DNA from: an uncultured Gemmatimonadales bacterium
Lineage (GTDB): Bacteria > Gemmatimonadota > Gemmatimonadetes > Gemmatimonadales > GWC2-71-9
Reading direction: 5' to 3'
Assembly (NCBI GenBank): GCA_963779755.1
Contig: CAVZZO010000001.1
Coordinates: forward strand, 1,184,001-1,248,000
Length of the DNA stretch: 64,000 bases
The notes under the pieces are model-generated. The model saw nothing but the letters and a program-made list of their open reading frames with translations, did not search any database and had not been told where the DNA came from. This document shows, piece by piece, positions 9,579 to 20,257 of the stretch. Position numbers and translations under genes: made by a program. Within the stretch, counting starts at the first letter, position 1. Each line of letters opens with the position of its first letter.

Positions 9579-10897
9579 ACGTGACCGTGGTCGGCGGAGG
9601 GCTGGCAGGCTGCGAGGCGGCCTGGGCCCTCGCCGAGCGGGGTCTGCAGGTGACGCTCTACGAGATGCGGCCCGCGGTGCGCACCGGCGCCCATCAGACC
9701 GACCGGCTCGCCGAAATCGTCTGCAGCAACTCCTTCAAGTCCACCGAGCTGGCCAACGCCCACGGCCTGCTCAAGGCCGAATTGCGCCGGCTGGGGAGCC
9801 TCCTGCTCTCTTGTGCCGACCTGGCGCGGGTGCCGGCCGGTGCCGCGCTCGCGGTCGACCGGGAGGTGTTTTCCGCGGAGGTGCACCGGCGGGTCAGTGG
9901 CCATCCCAACATCACCGTACGACGGGAAGAAGCGGCCGGCGTTCCCAGCCCGGCGGTGATTGCCACCGGGCCCCTCACCTCCGATCGCCTGGCTGCGTCC
10001 CTGCGCGAGCGTCTGGGCAGCGCTGCGCTGGCCTTCTACGACGCCATTGCGCCGATCGTGGCCGGCGACTCGCTGGACCGCGACCGGCTCTACGCCGCCT
10101 CGCGCTACGGCAAGGGCGACGGCGACGACTATCTCAATGCGCCGCTCGAGGCCGCGGAGTATCGGGAGTTCATCGCGGCCCTCGCCTCGGCCGATCAGTT
10201 CAGCGGTCACGACTTCGACCAGGTCTCCTATTTCGAGGGCTGTCTGCCGGTCGAGGAGATGGCCCGGCGGGGGCCGGAGACGCTGCGGTTCGGGCCCATG
10301 AAGCCGGTGGGGCTGCCCGACCCCCGTAGCGGCCGGGAGCCCTGGGCGGTGGTCCAGCTGCGGCGCGAAGACCGCGCGGGGCAGATGTGGAACCTGGTGG
10401 GGTTCCAGACGCGGCTCAGGATCCCGGAGCAGAAGCGCGTGTTCGGGCTGATCCCGGGCCTGGCGGGCGCGGAATACTTCCGCTACGGCAGCATCCACCG
10501 GAACTCCTACATCAACAGCCCGGCGTCGCTGGGGCCTGGGCTCACCCTGCGCGACGACGACCGGGTATTCCTGGCGGGCCAGCTCACCGGCGTGGAAGGC
10601 TATACCGAGTCTCTGGGCACCGGGTTGCTGGCGGGCATCAATCTGGCGCGCCGGCTGGCGGGTCTGCCGGTGGCGGTCCCTCCCGCGACCACCATGCTGG
10701 GCGGCCTCTATCGCTACCTGCGGGACGCCGATCCGAAGCACTTCCAGCCGATGAACGCGAACTGGGGCCTGCTGGAGCCGCTGCAGGACGGCAGGGCGGC
10801 AGGACGGCAGGGCGGCAGAAACAGAAAAGAGGAACGGAAGCGGCAACTGGTGGAGCGGGCGCAGGCCGATTTCGAGCAGTGGGCGGCGGCGTTATGA
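9575..10897 (+). CDS. trmFO: Methylenetetrahydrofolate--tRNA-(uracil-5-)-methyltransferase TrmFO
   Basis: GGGLAGCEAA FAD motif, EIVCSNS, YFEGCLPVE, GPMKPVGL, AGQLTGVEGY; GTG start overlaps the topA stop. Confidence 0.96.
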   Translation: MNVTVVGGGLAGCEAAWALAERGLQVTLYEMRPAVRTGAHQTDRLAEIVCSNSFKSTELANAHGLLKAELRRLGSLLLSCADLARVPAGAALAVDREVFSAEVHRRVSGHPNITVRREEAAGVPSPAVIATGPLTSDRLAASLRERLGSAALAFYDAIAPIVAGDSLDRDRLYAASRYGKGDGDDYLNAPLEAAEYREFIAALASADQFSGHDFDQVSYFEGCLPVEEMARRGPETLRFGPMKPVGLPDPRSGREPWAVVQLRREDRAGQMWNLVGFQTRLRIPEQKRVFGLIPGLAGAEYFRYGSIHRNSYINSPASLGPGLTLRDDDRVFLAGQLTGVEGYTESLGTGLLAGINLARRLAGLPVAVPPATTMLGGLYRYLRDADPKHFQPMNANWGLLEPLQDGRAAGRQGGRNRKEERKRQLVERAQADFEQWAAAL

Positions 10898-11811
10898 GCA
10901 TGCCTGTCCTGCGGCAGCCGATCGGCGAGTATCTCGACCACCTGGAGAAGGAACGGCAGGTCTCGCCCCACACGGTCAAGGCCTACCGTCGCGATCTCGC
11001 GGCGTTCCAGGACTTCTGCGACCGGCACTACGGGGAGTGGAGCTGGGACGGGATCGACCGGCTGGGCCTGCGCGCCTTCCTGGGCGAGCTGCATCGCCGG
11101 GGCCTGGCCAAGCGCTCGGCAGCCCGCGCGCTCTCGTCCCTGCGCAGCTTCTATCGCTACCTCCAGCAGTTCCACGGCGTGGAAGTGAACCCCGGCCGGG
11201 GCGCGCGGGTGCCGAAGATGGAGCGGCGGCTGCCCACCCACCTGGAGGCGAGCCAGACGGAGGAGCTGTTCGCCGCGGTCGAGGCGCGGGCGGCGGGGGG
11301 CGAGCGGAGCGCGCTGCGCGATCTCGCCATGCTGGAACTGTTCTATTCCAGCGGCCTGCGGCTTTCCGAGCTGGCAGGACTCAACCTGGACGACGTGGAT
11401 CTCCTGTCGGACCAGGTCCGGGTGCGGGGCAAGGGTCGCAAGGAGCGGATCGTGCCGGTCGGTTCCCGGGCGGTACGGGTGCTCCGCCGCTATCTGGAGA
11501 CCCGGGAGGAGCTGCTGTTGCGCGATGGCGCCGACCGGCGGGCGCTCTTTCTCAATGCCCGGGGCCGGCGGCTGTCCGCCCGCAGCGTGCAACGGGCCAT
11601 GCACCGCTGCTTCGACCTGATCGCCGCCGATGGCATGCGGGTCCACTCCCTGCGCCATACCTTCGCCACCCATCTGCTGGATGCGGGGGCGGATCTGCGC
11701 GCGGTGCAGGAGCTGCTGGGCCATGCCAGCCTGAGCACGACCCAGATTTATACTCATACCAGCGTCGAGCGCCTGAAGCAGGTGTATCATCAGGCGCACC
11801 CCAGGGCGTGA
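10894..11811 (+). CDS. xerC: Tyrosine recombinase XerC
   Basis: SGLRLSEL, GKGRKER, HSLRHTFATH, LGHASLSTTQIY; topA-trmFO-xerC-hslVU context. Confidence 0.9.
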   Translation: MSMPVLRQPIGEYLDHLEKERQVSPHTVKAYRRDLAAFQDFCDRHYGEWSWDGIDRLGLRAFLGELHRRGLAKRSAARALSSLRSFYRYLQQFHGVEVNPGRGARVPKMERRLPTHLEASQTEELFAAVEARAAGGERSALRDLAMLELFYSSGLRLSELAGLNLDDVDLLSDQVRVRGKGRKERIVPVGSRAVRVLRRYLETREELLLRDGADRRALFLNARGRRLSARSVQRAMHRCFDLIAADGMRVHSLRHTFATHLLDAGADLRAVQELLGHASLSTTQIYTHTSVERLKQVYHQAHPRA

Positions 11812-11879
11812 TAGAAGAGAAAAGGACTGAGGACTGAGAGCGGCAAGGCTGACCGCCCGACCGCCTGACAAGGAAACCC

Positions 11880-12419
11880 ATGCAGCAGATGCACGGCACC
11901 ACCATCATCGTCGTCCGCAAGGACGGCAGGGTCGCCCTCGGGGGCGACGGCCAGGTCACCATTGGTGACACGGTCATGAAATCGCGGGCCACCAAAGTGC
12001 GGTCGCTGCGCGGCGGGAAGATCCTGGCCGGCTTTGCCGGATCGGTAGCCGACGCCATTACGCTGTTCGAGAAATTCGAGGAGAAGCTGGACCGCTACCC
12101 GGGCAACATGCCCCGGGCGGCCGTCGAGCTGGCCAAGGACTGGCGCAGCGACCGGGTGCTCCGCCGCCTGGAGGCCATGCTGGTGCTGGCCGACCAGGAG
12201 CACAGCTTTCTCCTGAGCGGCGCGGGCGAGCTGATCGAGCCGGACGACGGCATTCTGGCGGTCGGTTCGGGCGGGAACTACGCCCTGGCCGCGGCGCGGG
12301 CACTCTACCCCGACGCCTCGCTTTCGGCGCGCGATATCGTCCAGCGGGCGCTCGGCATCGCCGCCCAGATCTGCGTCTACACCAACGACAACGTCACGAT
12401 CATCGAACCGGCGGGCTGA
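11880..12419 (+). CDS. hslV: ATP-dependent protease peptidase subunit HslV
   Basis: HG-TT N-terminus, [27 protein letters not shown]. Confidence 0.96.
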   Translation: MQQMHGTTIIVVRKDGRVALGGDGQVTIGDTVMKSRATKVRSLRGGKILAGFAGSVADAITLFEKFEEKLDRYPGNMPRAAVELAKDWRSDRVLRRLEAMLVLADQEHSFLLSGAGELIEPDDGILAVGSGGNYALAAARALYPDASLSARDIVQRALGIAAQICVYTNDNVTIIEPAG

Positions 12420-12445
12420 GCCGCGCCGGGATTGGCAGGGATGAC

Positions 12446-13936
<1,491 letters not shown>

Positions 13937-13999
13937 CGCGGCCCTGCAGGGGCGACGGGCGGATTCCGGGAACTGCCCGCGCACGCGCAAGGAGATCTC

Positions 14000-14101
14000 A
14001 TGCCAGAGGTGACCGGAATCCTCCGTGACGCGCTGCGGGAGCGCTATGCGCCCGAGGGGCCGGCCTTCAATCCGCTTCCGTTCTGCCAGTCCGGCTGCTG
14101 A
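14000..14101 (+). pseudogene. 33-aa ORF, possible 5' remnant of a Ser/Thr kinase gene
   Basis: AAGGAG RBS then MPEVTGILRDALRERYAPEG..., resembling the LxxAL.dRY N-terminus of Hanks-type kinases; resemblance by eye only. Confidence 0.3.
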
Positions 14102-14255
14102 TTTTACTCGGAGGAGGATGCCTGGCACTGTGGAAACGGGGCTTTCCCTCTCGCAAGCCTGACAGGCGGGGCCCTGAAACGGCTTGCCCCGCCGTGGCTT
14201 TCCCGACTAGTATCTCCTGCCAAAATGACTCCGTTCCCCGGAAATTGGCGGTGCC

Positions 14256-15155
14256 ATGGCGAAGCGCGACTTGCTCTCCAACAGCGACCTGACACCCGCC
14301 GAAACGGAGGCGCTGATTACGCTGGCCCTCCGGCTCAAGCGGCGTGAGATCAAGGGGCCGCAGCTCGCGGGCCGCAGCCTGGGGATGATCTTCGCCAAGA
14401 GCAGTACCCGTACCCGGGTTTCATTCGAAGTGGGGATGTACCAGCTGGGGGGGCATGCCCTCTTTCTCTCCTCGCGCGACATCCAGCTGGGGCGAGGCGA
14501 GCCCATCCGCGACACCGCCCGGGTGCTCTCCCGCTATCTCGACGCCATCATGATCCGCACCTTCGACCATGCCGAGGTGGAGGAGCTGGCCCGCTTCGCC
14601 ACGGTGCCGGTGATCAACGGGCTGACCGACCTGCTGCACCCCTGCCAGCTGCTGGCCGATCTGCTGACCATTCACGAGCACCTGGGTGGCTGGCAGGACC
14701 GGGTGGTGGCCTGGGTCGGCGACGGCAACAACATGGCCAACAGCTGGATCGAATGCGCCGGCCTGCTGGGGTTCGAGCTCCGGCTGGCCTGTCCCGAGGG
14801 CTACGAGCCCAACCGGGAGATCTTCGAGCGCAACCAGCCGCGCACTCGGCTGGTCATTACCGAAGATCCCGACGAGGCGGTACGCGGAGCCCATGTGGTG
14901 AATACCGACGTCTGGGCCAGCATGGGCCAGGAGGGCGAAACGGAGGCCCGGGTGCAGGCCTTCCGCGGCTATGCGGTGGATGCCGGCCTGATGAAGCTGG
15001 CCGCGCCGGAAGCCATCTTCCTGCACTGCCTGCCTGCTCATCGCGGCGAGGAAGTGAGCGAGGAGGTCCTGGAGGGGCCGCAGTCGCGGGTGTGGGACCA
15101 GGCGGAAAACCGGCTGCACGCCCAGAAGGCCCTGCTGCTGACATTGATGTCGTAA
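14256..15155 (+). CDS. argF: Ornithine carbamoyltransferase
   Basis: SSTRTR, HPCQ, GDGNN, DVWASMG, FLHCLP, AENRLH. Confidence 0.96.
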   Translation: MAKRDLLSNSDLTPAETEALITLALRLKRREIKGPQLAGRSLGMIFAKSSTRTRVSFEVGMYQLGGHALFLSSRDIQLGRGEPIRDTARVLSRYLDAIMIRTFDHAEVEELARFATVPVINGLTDLLHPCQLLADLLTIHEHLGGWQDRVVAWVGDGNNMANSWIECAGLLGFELRLACPEGYEPNREIFERNQPRTRLVITEDPDEAVRGAHVVNTDVWASMGQEGETEARVQAFRGYAVDAGLMKLAAPEAIFLHCLPAHRGEEVSEEVLEGPQSRVWDQAENRLHAQKALLLTLMS

Positions 15156-15216
15156 GTGGTGAGGCGTAAGGGGTAAGGCGTATATCCGCCTCACGCCTTA
15201 CCCCTTACCTCTCACG
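15152..15216. repeat. Heptamer-repeat hairpin (GTGAGGC/GTAAGGG), possible terminator
   Basis: gtgaggcgtaaggggtaagg ... cctcacgccttaccccttacctctcacg inverted arms. Confidence 0.7.
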
Positions 15217-15231
15217 ATTGGGAGACGGATC

Positions 15232-16338
15232 ATGGCCGACGACCTGAAGCATACACCACTGTACGAGATCCATCGCGCGCTGGAGGGCAAGATGGTGCCC
15301 TTCGCCGGCTACGAGATGCCGGTGCAGTATCCCGCCGGTATCCTGGCGGAGCACCGGGCGGTGCGGGAGGGGGCCGGCATCTTCGACGTGTCTCACATGG
15401 GCGAATTCGAGGTGAGCGGCCCGGACCGGAACGCGCTGGTCAACCGGGTCACCACCAACGATGTGGGCGCCCTGACGGACGGGGAGGTGCAGTACTCGGC
15501 GGTCCTGTCACCCGAGGGAACCTTTCTGGACGACTGTACCGTCTACCGCTTCGACGACAAGGTCATGCTGGTGGTGAACGCCGCCAACACGGAGAAGGTC
15601 TGGCAGCATCTCGTGGCCCACAAGGGCGGCGCCAACGCCCGGCTCAAGAACATCACGGATGACGTGGGGCTCATCGCTCTGCAGGGTCCCAGGGCCGAAG
15701 AAATGCTGGCGCCGGTGAGCGGGATCCGCCTGCCGGATGTGGCCTACTACCACTTTACCTCGGGCACGGTGGCCGGCGCCCAGTGCTTTGTGTCCCGCAC
15801 CGGGTATACCGGCGAGGACGGCTTCGAGATCTACTGCCGCTCCCGCGATGCGGTGGCCATCTGGGAGGCGCTGGCCGGGAACGGGGCCGTGCCCTGCGGC
15901 CTGGGTGCCCGCGATTCCCTGCGGCTCGAGATGGGCTACGCCCTCTACGGGCATGAGATCGACGACACGGTGACGCCGCTCGAGGCCGGCCTGGGCTGGA
16001 TCGTCAAGCTGGACAAGGGCTCGCCCTTCGTGGGCGCCGACGCGCTGCGCCTGCAGAAGCAGCAGGGTGTCCGCCGCCGGCTGGTCGGCTTCACCCTGCT
16101 GGAGAAGGCCTTTCCCCGCCAGGGCTATCCGGTCTATCTCCACGACCGCCAGGTGGACGTGGTGCGGAGCGGAACGGTGAGCCCCTCGCTGGGCCAGCCG
16201 ATCGGCACCACCTACCTCCCGCTCGAGTCGGCCAAGGCGGGCACCCGGTTCGAGGTGGATTGCCGCGGCAGGCGGATGCCGGCGCAGGTGGTGAAGCTCC
16301 CCTTCTGGACCAGGGGCTCGGTCAAGAAGCATAAATGA
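15232..16338 (+). CDS. gcvT: Glycine cleavage system aminomethyltransferase T
   Basis: [41 protein letters not shown]. Confidence 0.97.
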   Translation: MADDLKHTPLYEIHRALEGKMVPFAGYEMPVQYPAGILAEHRAVREGAGIFDVSHMGEFEVSGPDRNALVNRVTTNDVGALTDGEVQYSAVLSPEGTFLDDCTVYRFDDKVMLVVNAANTEKVWQHLVAHKGGANARLKNITDDVGLIALQGPRAEEMLAPVSGIRLPDVAYYHFTSGTVAGAQCFVSRTGYTGEDGFEIYCRSRDAVAIWEALAGNGAVPCGLGARDSLRLEMGYALYGHEIDDTVTPLEAGLGWIVKLDKGSPFVGADALRLQKQQGVRRRLVGFTLLEKAFPRQGYPVYLHDRQVDVVRSGTVSPSLGQPIGTTYLPLESAKAGTRFEVDCRGRRMPAQVVKLPFWTRGSVKKHK

Positions 16339-16853
16339 GCGGGCCAGCGACTACGGTTCCCGCCGGCCGGGGCATCCGGCTGGCTATTCTCACGGTGTCG
16401 GATGCGGGGAGCCGCGGGCAGCGGGAGGATACTTCGGGCGACGCCATTGCCGCCTGGGGGCCGGAGCACGGCTGCCACATCGCCGGGCGGGCGCTGGTGC
16501 CGGACGATCCGGTGCGCATCGCGGCGCAGCTGATGCACTGGGCCGACGGCGGCGCGGTGGATGTCGTGCTTACCACCGGCGGTACCGGGCTGGCCGAGCG
16601 CGACCATACCCCCGAAGCCACCCGCAGCGTGCTGGAGCGCGAGGTCCCCGGCCTGGCCGACGCCCTGCGCGCGTCCGCATGGCCCGCCGTTCCCCGGGCG
16701 CTGCTCTCCCGCGGCCTGGCCGGCACCCGGGGCCGCACCCTCATCGTCAATCTGCCCGGGAGCCCCGGCGGGGTTCGCGACGGCCTCACCGTGCTCGCGC
16801 CGGTGCTGGCCCATGCGGTGGACCTGCTGCGCGGCCGGACGGAGCACCCCTGA
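16335..16853 (+). CDS. MogA/MoaB family molybdenum cofactor biosynthesis protein
   Basis: LTVSD, REDTSG, TTGGTG..RDHTPEA, LSRG, NLPGSP. Confidence 0.92.
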   Translation: MSGPATTVPAGRGIRLAILTVSDAGSRGQREDTSGDAIAAWGPEHGCHIAGRALVPDDPVRIAAQLMHWADGGAVDVVLTTGGTGLAERDHTPEATRSVLEREVPGLADALRASAWPAVPRALLSRGLAGTRGRTLIVNLPGSPGGVRDGLTVLAPVLAHAVDLLRGRTEHP

Positions 16854-16855
16854 TC

Positions 16856-18352
16856 ATGGCCCGGGTGCTCATCACCATGGATGACATCGAAGCCGCGGTG
16901 CGGATCAACGCCGCGCTCGAGACCGGCGGGTACACCACCGCCATGGTCTCCAGCGTGGACGATGGCCCGCGTGCGCTCTCGCGCGAGCATCCCGAGCTGG
17001 TGATCCTGACCGGCGCCCTGCACGATCCCCCCGCCCGCCAGCTGGCGCTGGCGGCGCGCGACACGGAAATCAGCACCCTGGCCCTGCTGGAGCCGACCGA
17101 TGCTGGTCGGATGGAACATGACCTCGGCGTTACCGAGATCATGACCAAGCCGGTACATCCGGAGGAGGTGGTGCAGACCGCCCAGCGGCTCATCGCGCGA
17201 CGTGAGCTGCAGGAGCGCACCGGGATCATCGGCGAGAGCCCGGGCATCCAGGAACTGATGGTCAAGATCGAGCAGATGGCTCCGGTCTCCAGTACCGTGC
17301 TGATCCAGGGCGAGTCGGGGACGGGCAAGGAGCTGGTGGCCAAGGCCATCCACGATCTCTCCCCCCGGCGGGGCAAGCCCTTCATCGCGGTGAACTGCGC
17401 CGCCCTGCCCGAGGCGCTGCTGGAAAGCGAGCTGTTCGGGCACGAGAAGGGCGCCTTCACCGGGGCGGCGGAGCGCCGGCTGGGCCGCTTCGAGCTGGCC
17501 GACGGGGGCACCATCTTCCTGGACGAAATCGGCGAGGTGCCTCCCAGCGTGCAGGTGAAACTGCTGCGGGTGCTGGAGAACCGGGTGTTCTTCCGGGTGG
17601 GCGGCACCCAGGGCATCAAGGTGGACGTGCGGGTCATCGCGGCGACCAACAAGAATCTCAAGGAATCGGTGGCGCTGGGCGAGTTCCGGGACGACCTCTT
17701 CTACCGGCTCAATGTGCTCACCATCTTCCTGCCGCCCCTGCGGGAGCGCCGGGAGGACATTCCGCTCCTGGTTCGCCGGTTCATCCGGGAATTCGCCCAG
17801 GGCGAGGATCGCCGCTTCCGCGGGATCACGCAGGAGGCCATGCGCCTCCTGGTGGAGGCCCAGTGGCCCGGCAACGTGCGCCAGCTGCGCAACCTGGTCG
17901 AGGCCATGGCGGTGCTGGCGCCCGGCAGCGAGATCCGCGCATCGGACATTCCACCGGACATCCTGGAGGGGGCGAGCCGGCTTCTGCCCATGCGGCTGCC
18001 GCAGGTGCAGCGCGACGCGCAGACCCAGGAACTGGAGTTCATTCTCCGCAGCCTGGTGGAGTTGCGGCTCCAGGTGGAAGAGCTCCGGCGGCGCCTGGAC
18101 CAGCGGCCCCAGCGGGTCCAGGTGATCGACCTCGGCCCCAGCCATTCCATCGCCGATGTGGTGGACGAGGCGGAGCCGGGCGAGCCCGAAGCGGTTCTCT
18201 ACCGCTCGGGGATGACCATGGCGGAGGTGGAGAAAGCGGCGATCGAGGCCGCGCTGCAGGAGCACCGGGGCAACCGTCGCAAGGCGGCCGAGGCACTGGG
18301 AATCGGGGAGCGGACGCTCTATCGTAAGATCAAGGCTTACAATCTGGAGTAG
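16856..18352 (+). CDS. Sigma54-dependent enhancer-binding protein (pseudo-receiver + AAA+ + Fis HTH)
   Basis: GESGTGKE, ESELFGHEKGAFTGA, FLDEIGE, WPGNVRQL, GNRRKAAEALGIGERTLYRK; ATG 16856 just after the upstream stop. Confidence 0.93.
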   Translation: MARVLITMDDIEAAVRINAALETGGYTTAMVSSVDDGPRALSREHPELVILTGALHDPPARQLALAARDTEISTLALLEPTDAGRMEHDLGVTEIMTKPVHPEEVVQTAQRLIARRELQERTGIIGESPGIQELMVKIEQMAPVSSTVLIQGESGTGKELVAKAIHDLSPRRGKPFIAVNCAALPEALLESELFGHEKGAFTGAAERRLGRFELADGGTIFLDEIGEVPPSVQVKLLRVLENRVFFRVGGTQGIKVDVRVIAATNKNLKESVALGEFRDDLFYRLNVLTIFLPPLRERREDIPLLVRRFIREFAQGEDRRFRGITQEAMRLLVEAQWPGNVRQLRNLVEAMAVLAPGSEIRASDIPPDILEGASRLLPMRLPQVQRDAQTQELEFILRSLVELRLQVEELRRRLDQRPQRVQVIDLGPSHSIADVVDEAEPGEPEAVLYRSGMTMAEVEKAAIEAALQEHRGNRRKAAEALGIGERTLYRKIKAYNLE

Positions 18353-18403
18353 GTCTCCCCGGCTAAGTCGGGAAAACACCGATAGTTGCACTGTTACGAC
18401 ACC

Positions 18404-18432
18404 TTGACATGCCCCCCGCGGTACGGGATATT
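18404..18432 (+). promoter_or_regulatory. putative sigma70 promoter of the diguanylate cyclase gene
   Basis: TTGACA, 17 bp, GATATT; implies the gene starts at GTG 18487 rather than ATG 18409. Confidence 0.45.
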
Positions 18433-18486
18433 CCAGAGGCTCCAAAACCATTTGTCCCTGAATCGCCCCGGTCCCGAGTCCCAGCG

Positions 18487-20166
18487 GTGATCTTTTCGAT
18501 CGACTCGAAAGCCTGTGTCGCATGCCTCGCGTGCGTGCGCATCTGTCCGACCGATGCGATCGCCGTCGAGGAGCCGCTGGTGCACATTGTCGACGACGTG
18601 TGCATCCGCTGCGGGCAGTGCTACGCCGTCTGTCCGCACGACGCGGTGCAGGTGAGCGGCGAGCTGGGGCGCGCGCTGGCGATCGCCGCGACCGGCGAGG
18701 GTACGCTGATCCTGAGCCCCGAGGTCGCGGCGCACTTCTATCCGGCCACGCCGGAGCAGGTGGTGAATGCCTGCTACGCGGCGGGCTTCCGGGTGGTAAC
18801 GCGCGGGGTGATCGGCGACGAGCTGGTGGCGGCCGAGTATCTCAGGCTGTGGCACGACGATGCCTGGGGTACCATGCTGCGCTCCACCGATCCGGTGGTG
18901 GTCAGCACCATCACCGCGGCGTATCCCGAGCTGGTGCCCTTTCTGGCGCCCATCGCGTCGCCTCCGGTGGCCGAAGCGCGCTATCTCCGCGCGCTGTATG
19001 GCCCGGAGCTGCGGATCGTGTTCGCCGGAATCTGCCCGCCCCAGCACGGCCCCGATCTCGATGCCGGGATCACCTTCCGTGACCTGGAACAGGTCTTTGC
19101 CCTGCGCGGGGTGAGCGTACTGACGCAGCCGGACTATTTCGTGCGGGTGCCGGAGGAGCGGCGCCGCCACCTGAGCGCGGCGGGCGGGTTGCCGCTGGCC
19201 ATGCTGGAGGAGGTGCGCCAGTCCAACAGCCGGTTCCGCAAGGTACGCGGAGTGAACGCGCTGCCGGCGCTGGCGCGGGCGGTGGCGGTGGATCGTCTCG
19301 ACCTCGGCTTCGTGGACATCCTCTCCTATGAGGGGGCGCTGGACCATCCGCTGTCCGGGCCGCCGGAGGAGCTGTTCTGGCGCCGCGCGCTGGTGCAGAG
19401 CACTGAGCCGCCCCGCAGTCGCGATCCGGTAGTGGATACGGCGGTGGTCGCCAGCGTGGGCGCCACCTTCGACATCCGGCCCCAGCGGCATGCCGCCGAT
19501 CCGGACGCGGTTGCCGCGGTGCTCAAGGCCATTGGCCCGGGGCCCAACGGCCGGCCCTGGGATTGCCGGGCCTGCGGCTACGAGACCTGCGCGGAGTTTG
19601 CCGAGGCGGCGGCGCTGGGCCGGGCCGCCCTGCGGCAATGCGCGCCGTTCCAGGAGCGGCGGGCGGAGGAGGCGCAGCGCGCCGCGGCGGTAGACCTGCT
19701 GACCGGTCTGGCCACCTTCCGGGTGCTGCGCGACCGGCTCCAGTTCGAGGTGGAGCGCAGCAAGCGGAACGGCGAGGCCTTCGCCACCCTGTTCATCGAT
19801 CTGGACCATTTCAAGCAGGTGAACGATCTTCACGGCCATGAAGCCGGGAACGAGGTGCTCCGGGCGGTGGCGGCGGAGATCCGCTCCGCGGTGCGCGCCT
19901 CGGATCTGGCGGCGCGCTACGGCGGCGACGAATTTGTGGTCATCCTGACACGGACCGATCTGGCGGGGGCGTCGCGGGTGGCCGAGGCGCTGCGAGCCGG
20001 TATCGAGGGGGTGGGGCGGCGGCTGGGGTACGGTGTCGGGTTGGTGACGGCCAGTGTGGGGCTGGCAGAATACAACCCCGAGGAGCCGCCGGAGGGTGAC
20101 CTGCTGGTCCTCGCCGACCGCTCGCTCTATGTGGCTAAGTCCGCCGGGCGGAATGTGGTGGCATGA
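18487..20166 (+). CDS. Diguanylate cyclase with 2x[4Fe-4S], degenerate [FeFe]-hydrogenase-like domain and FeS domain
   Basis: CVACLACVRICP and CIRCGQCYAVCP; hydrogenase-like YPELVPFLAPIASP; DCRACGYETC...C; DLDHFKQVND and RASD-xxx-RYGGDEF. Confidence 0.88.
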   Translation: MIFSIDSKACVACLACVRICPTDAIAVEEPLVHIVDDVCIRCGQCYAVCPHDAVQVSGELGRALAIAATGEGTLILSPEVAAHFYPATPEQVVNACYAAGFRVVTRGVIGDELVAAEYLRLWHDDAWGTMLRSTDPVVVSTITAAYPELVPFLAPIASPPVAEARYLRALYGPELRIVFAGICPPQHGPDLDAGITFRDLEQVFALRGVSVLTQPDYFVRVPEERRRHLSAAGGLPLAMLEEVRQSNSRFRKVRGVNALPALARAVAVDRLDLGFVDILSYEGALDHPLSGPPEELFWRRALVQSTEPPRSRDPVVDTAVVASVGATFDIRPQRHAADPDAVAAVLKAIGPGPNGRPWDCRACGYETCAEFAEAAALGRAALRQCAPFQERRAEEAQRAAAVDLLTGLATFRVLRDRLQFEVERSKRNGEAFATLFIDLDHFKQVNDLHGHEAGNEVLRAVAAEIRSAVRASDLAARYGGDEFVVILTRTDLAGASRVAEALRAGIEGVGRRLGYGVGLVTASVGLAEYNPEEPPEGDLLVLADRSLYVAKSAGRNVVA

Positions 20167-20190
20167 GCGCCCGGCATCGCTCTCTACCCC

Positions 20191-20206
20191 GGGCAAAGGA
20201 TTTGCA
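20191..20206 (+). promoter_or_regulatory. putative sigma54 -24/-12 promoter
   Basis: GGGCAAAGGATTTGCA = GG-N10-GC with GGCA and TTGCA half sites, about 50 bp before ATG 20258. Confidence 0.55.
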
Positions 20207-20257
20207 TTGACTTCCTTCTCACCTCGTCCCCAGGATCCCGGCCAGCCGAGCCGGCCG

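Noticed and set aside
10894..11811. Tyrosine recombinase as a prophage or island integrase
   Set aside because: Size, motifs and the topA-trmFO-xerC-hslVU context fit housekeeping XerC; no att site or cargo seen.
14118..14162. 14-aa ORF MPGTVETGLSLSQA after GGAGGAGG
   Set aside because: RBS is too close to the ATG and the peptide is featureless.
15156..15231. Glycine riboswitch upstream of gcvT
   Set aside because: The gap is only 76 bp and is occupied by a heptamer hairpin.
18487..20166. Functional H2-sensing [FeFe]-hydrogenase
   Set aside because: H-cluster cysteine motifs P1 and P3 are missing and no maturase genes are in the window.
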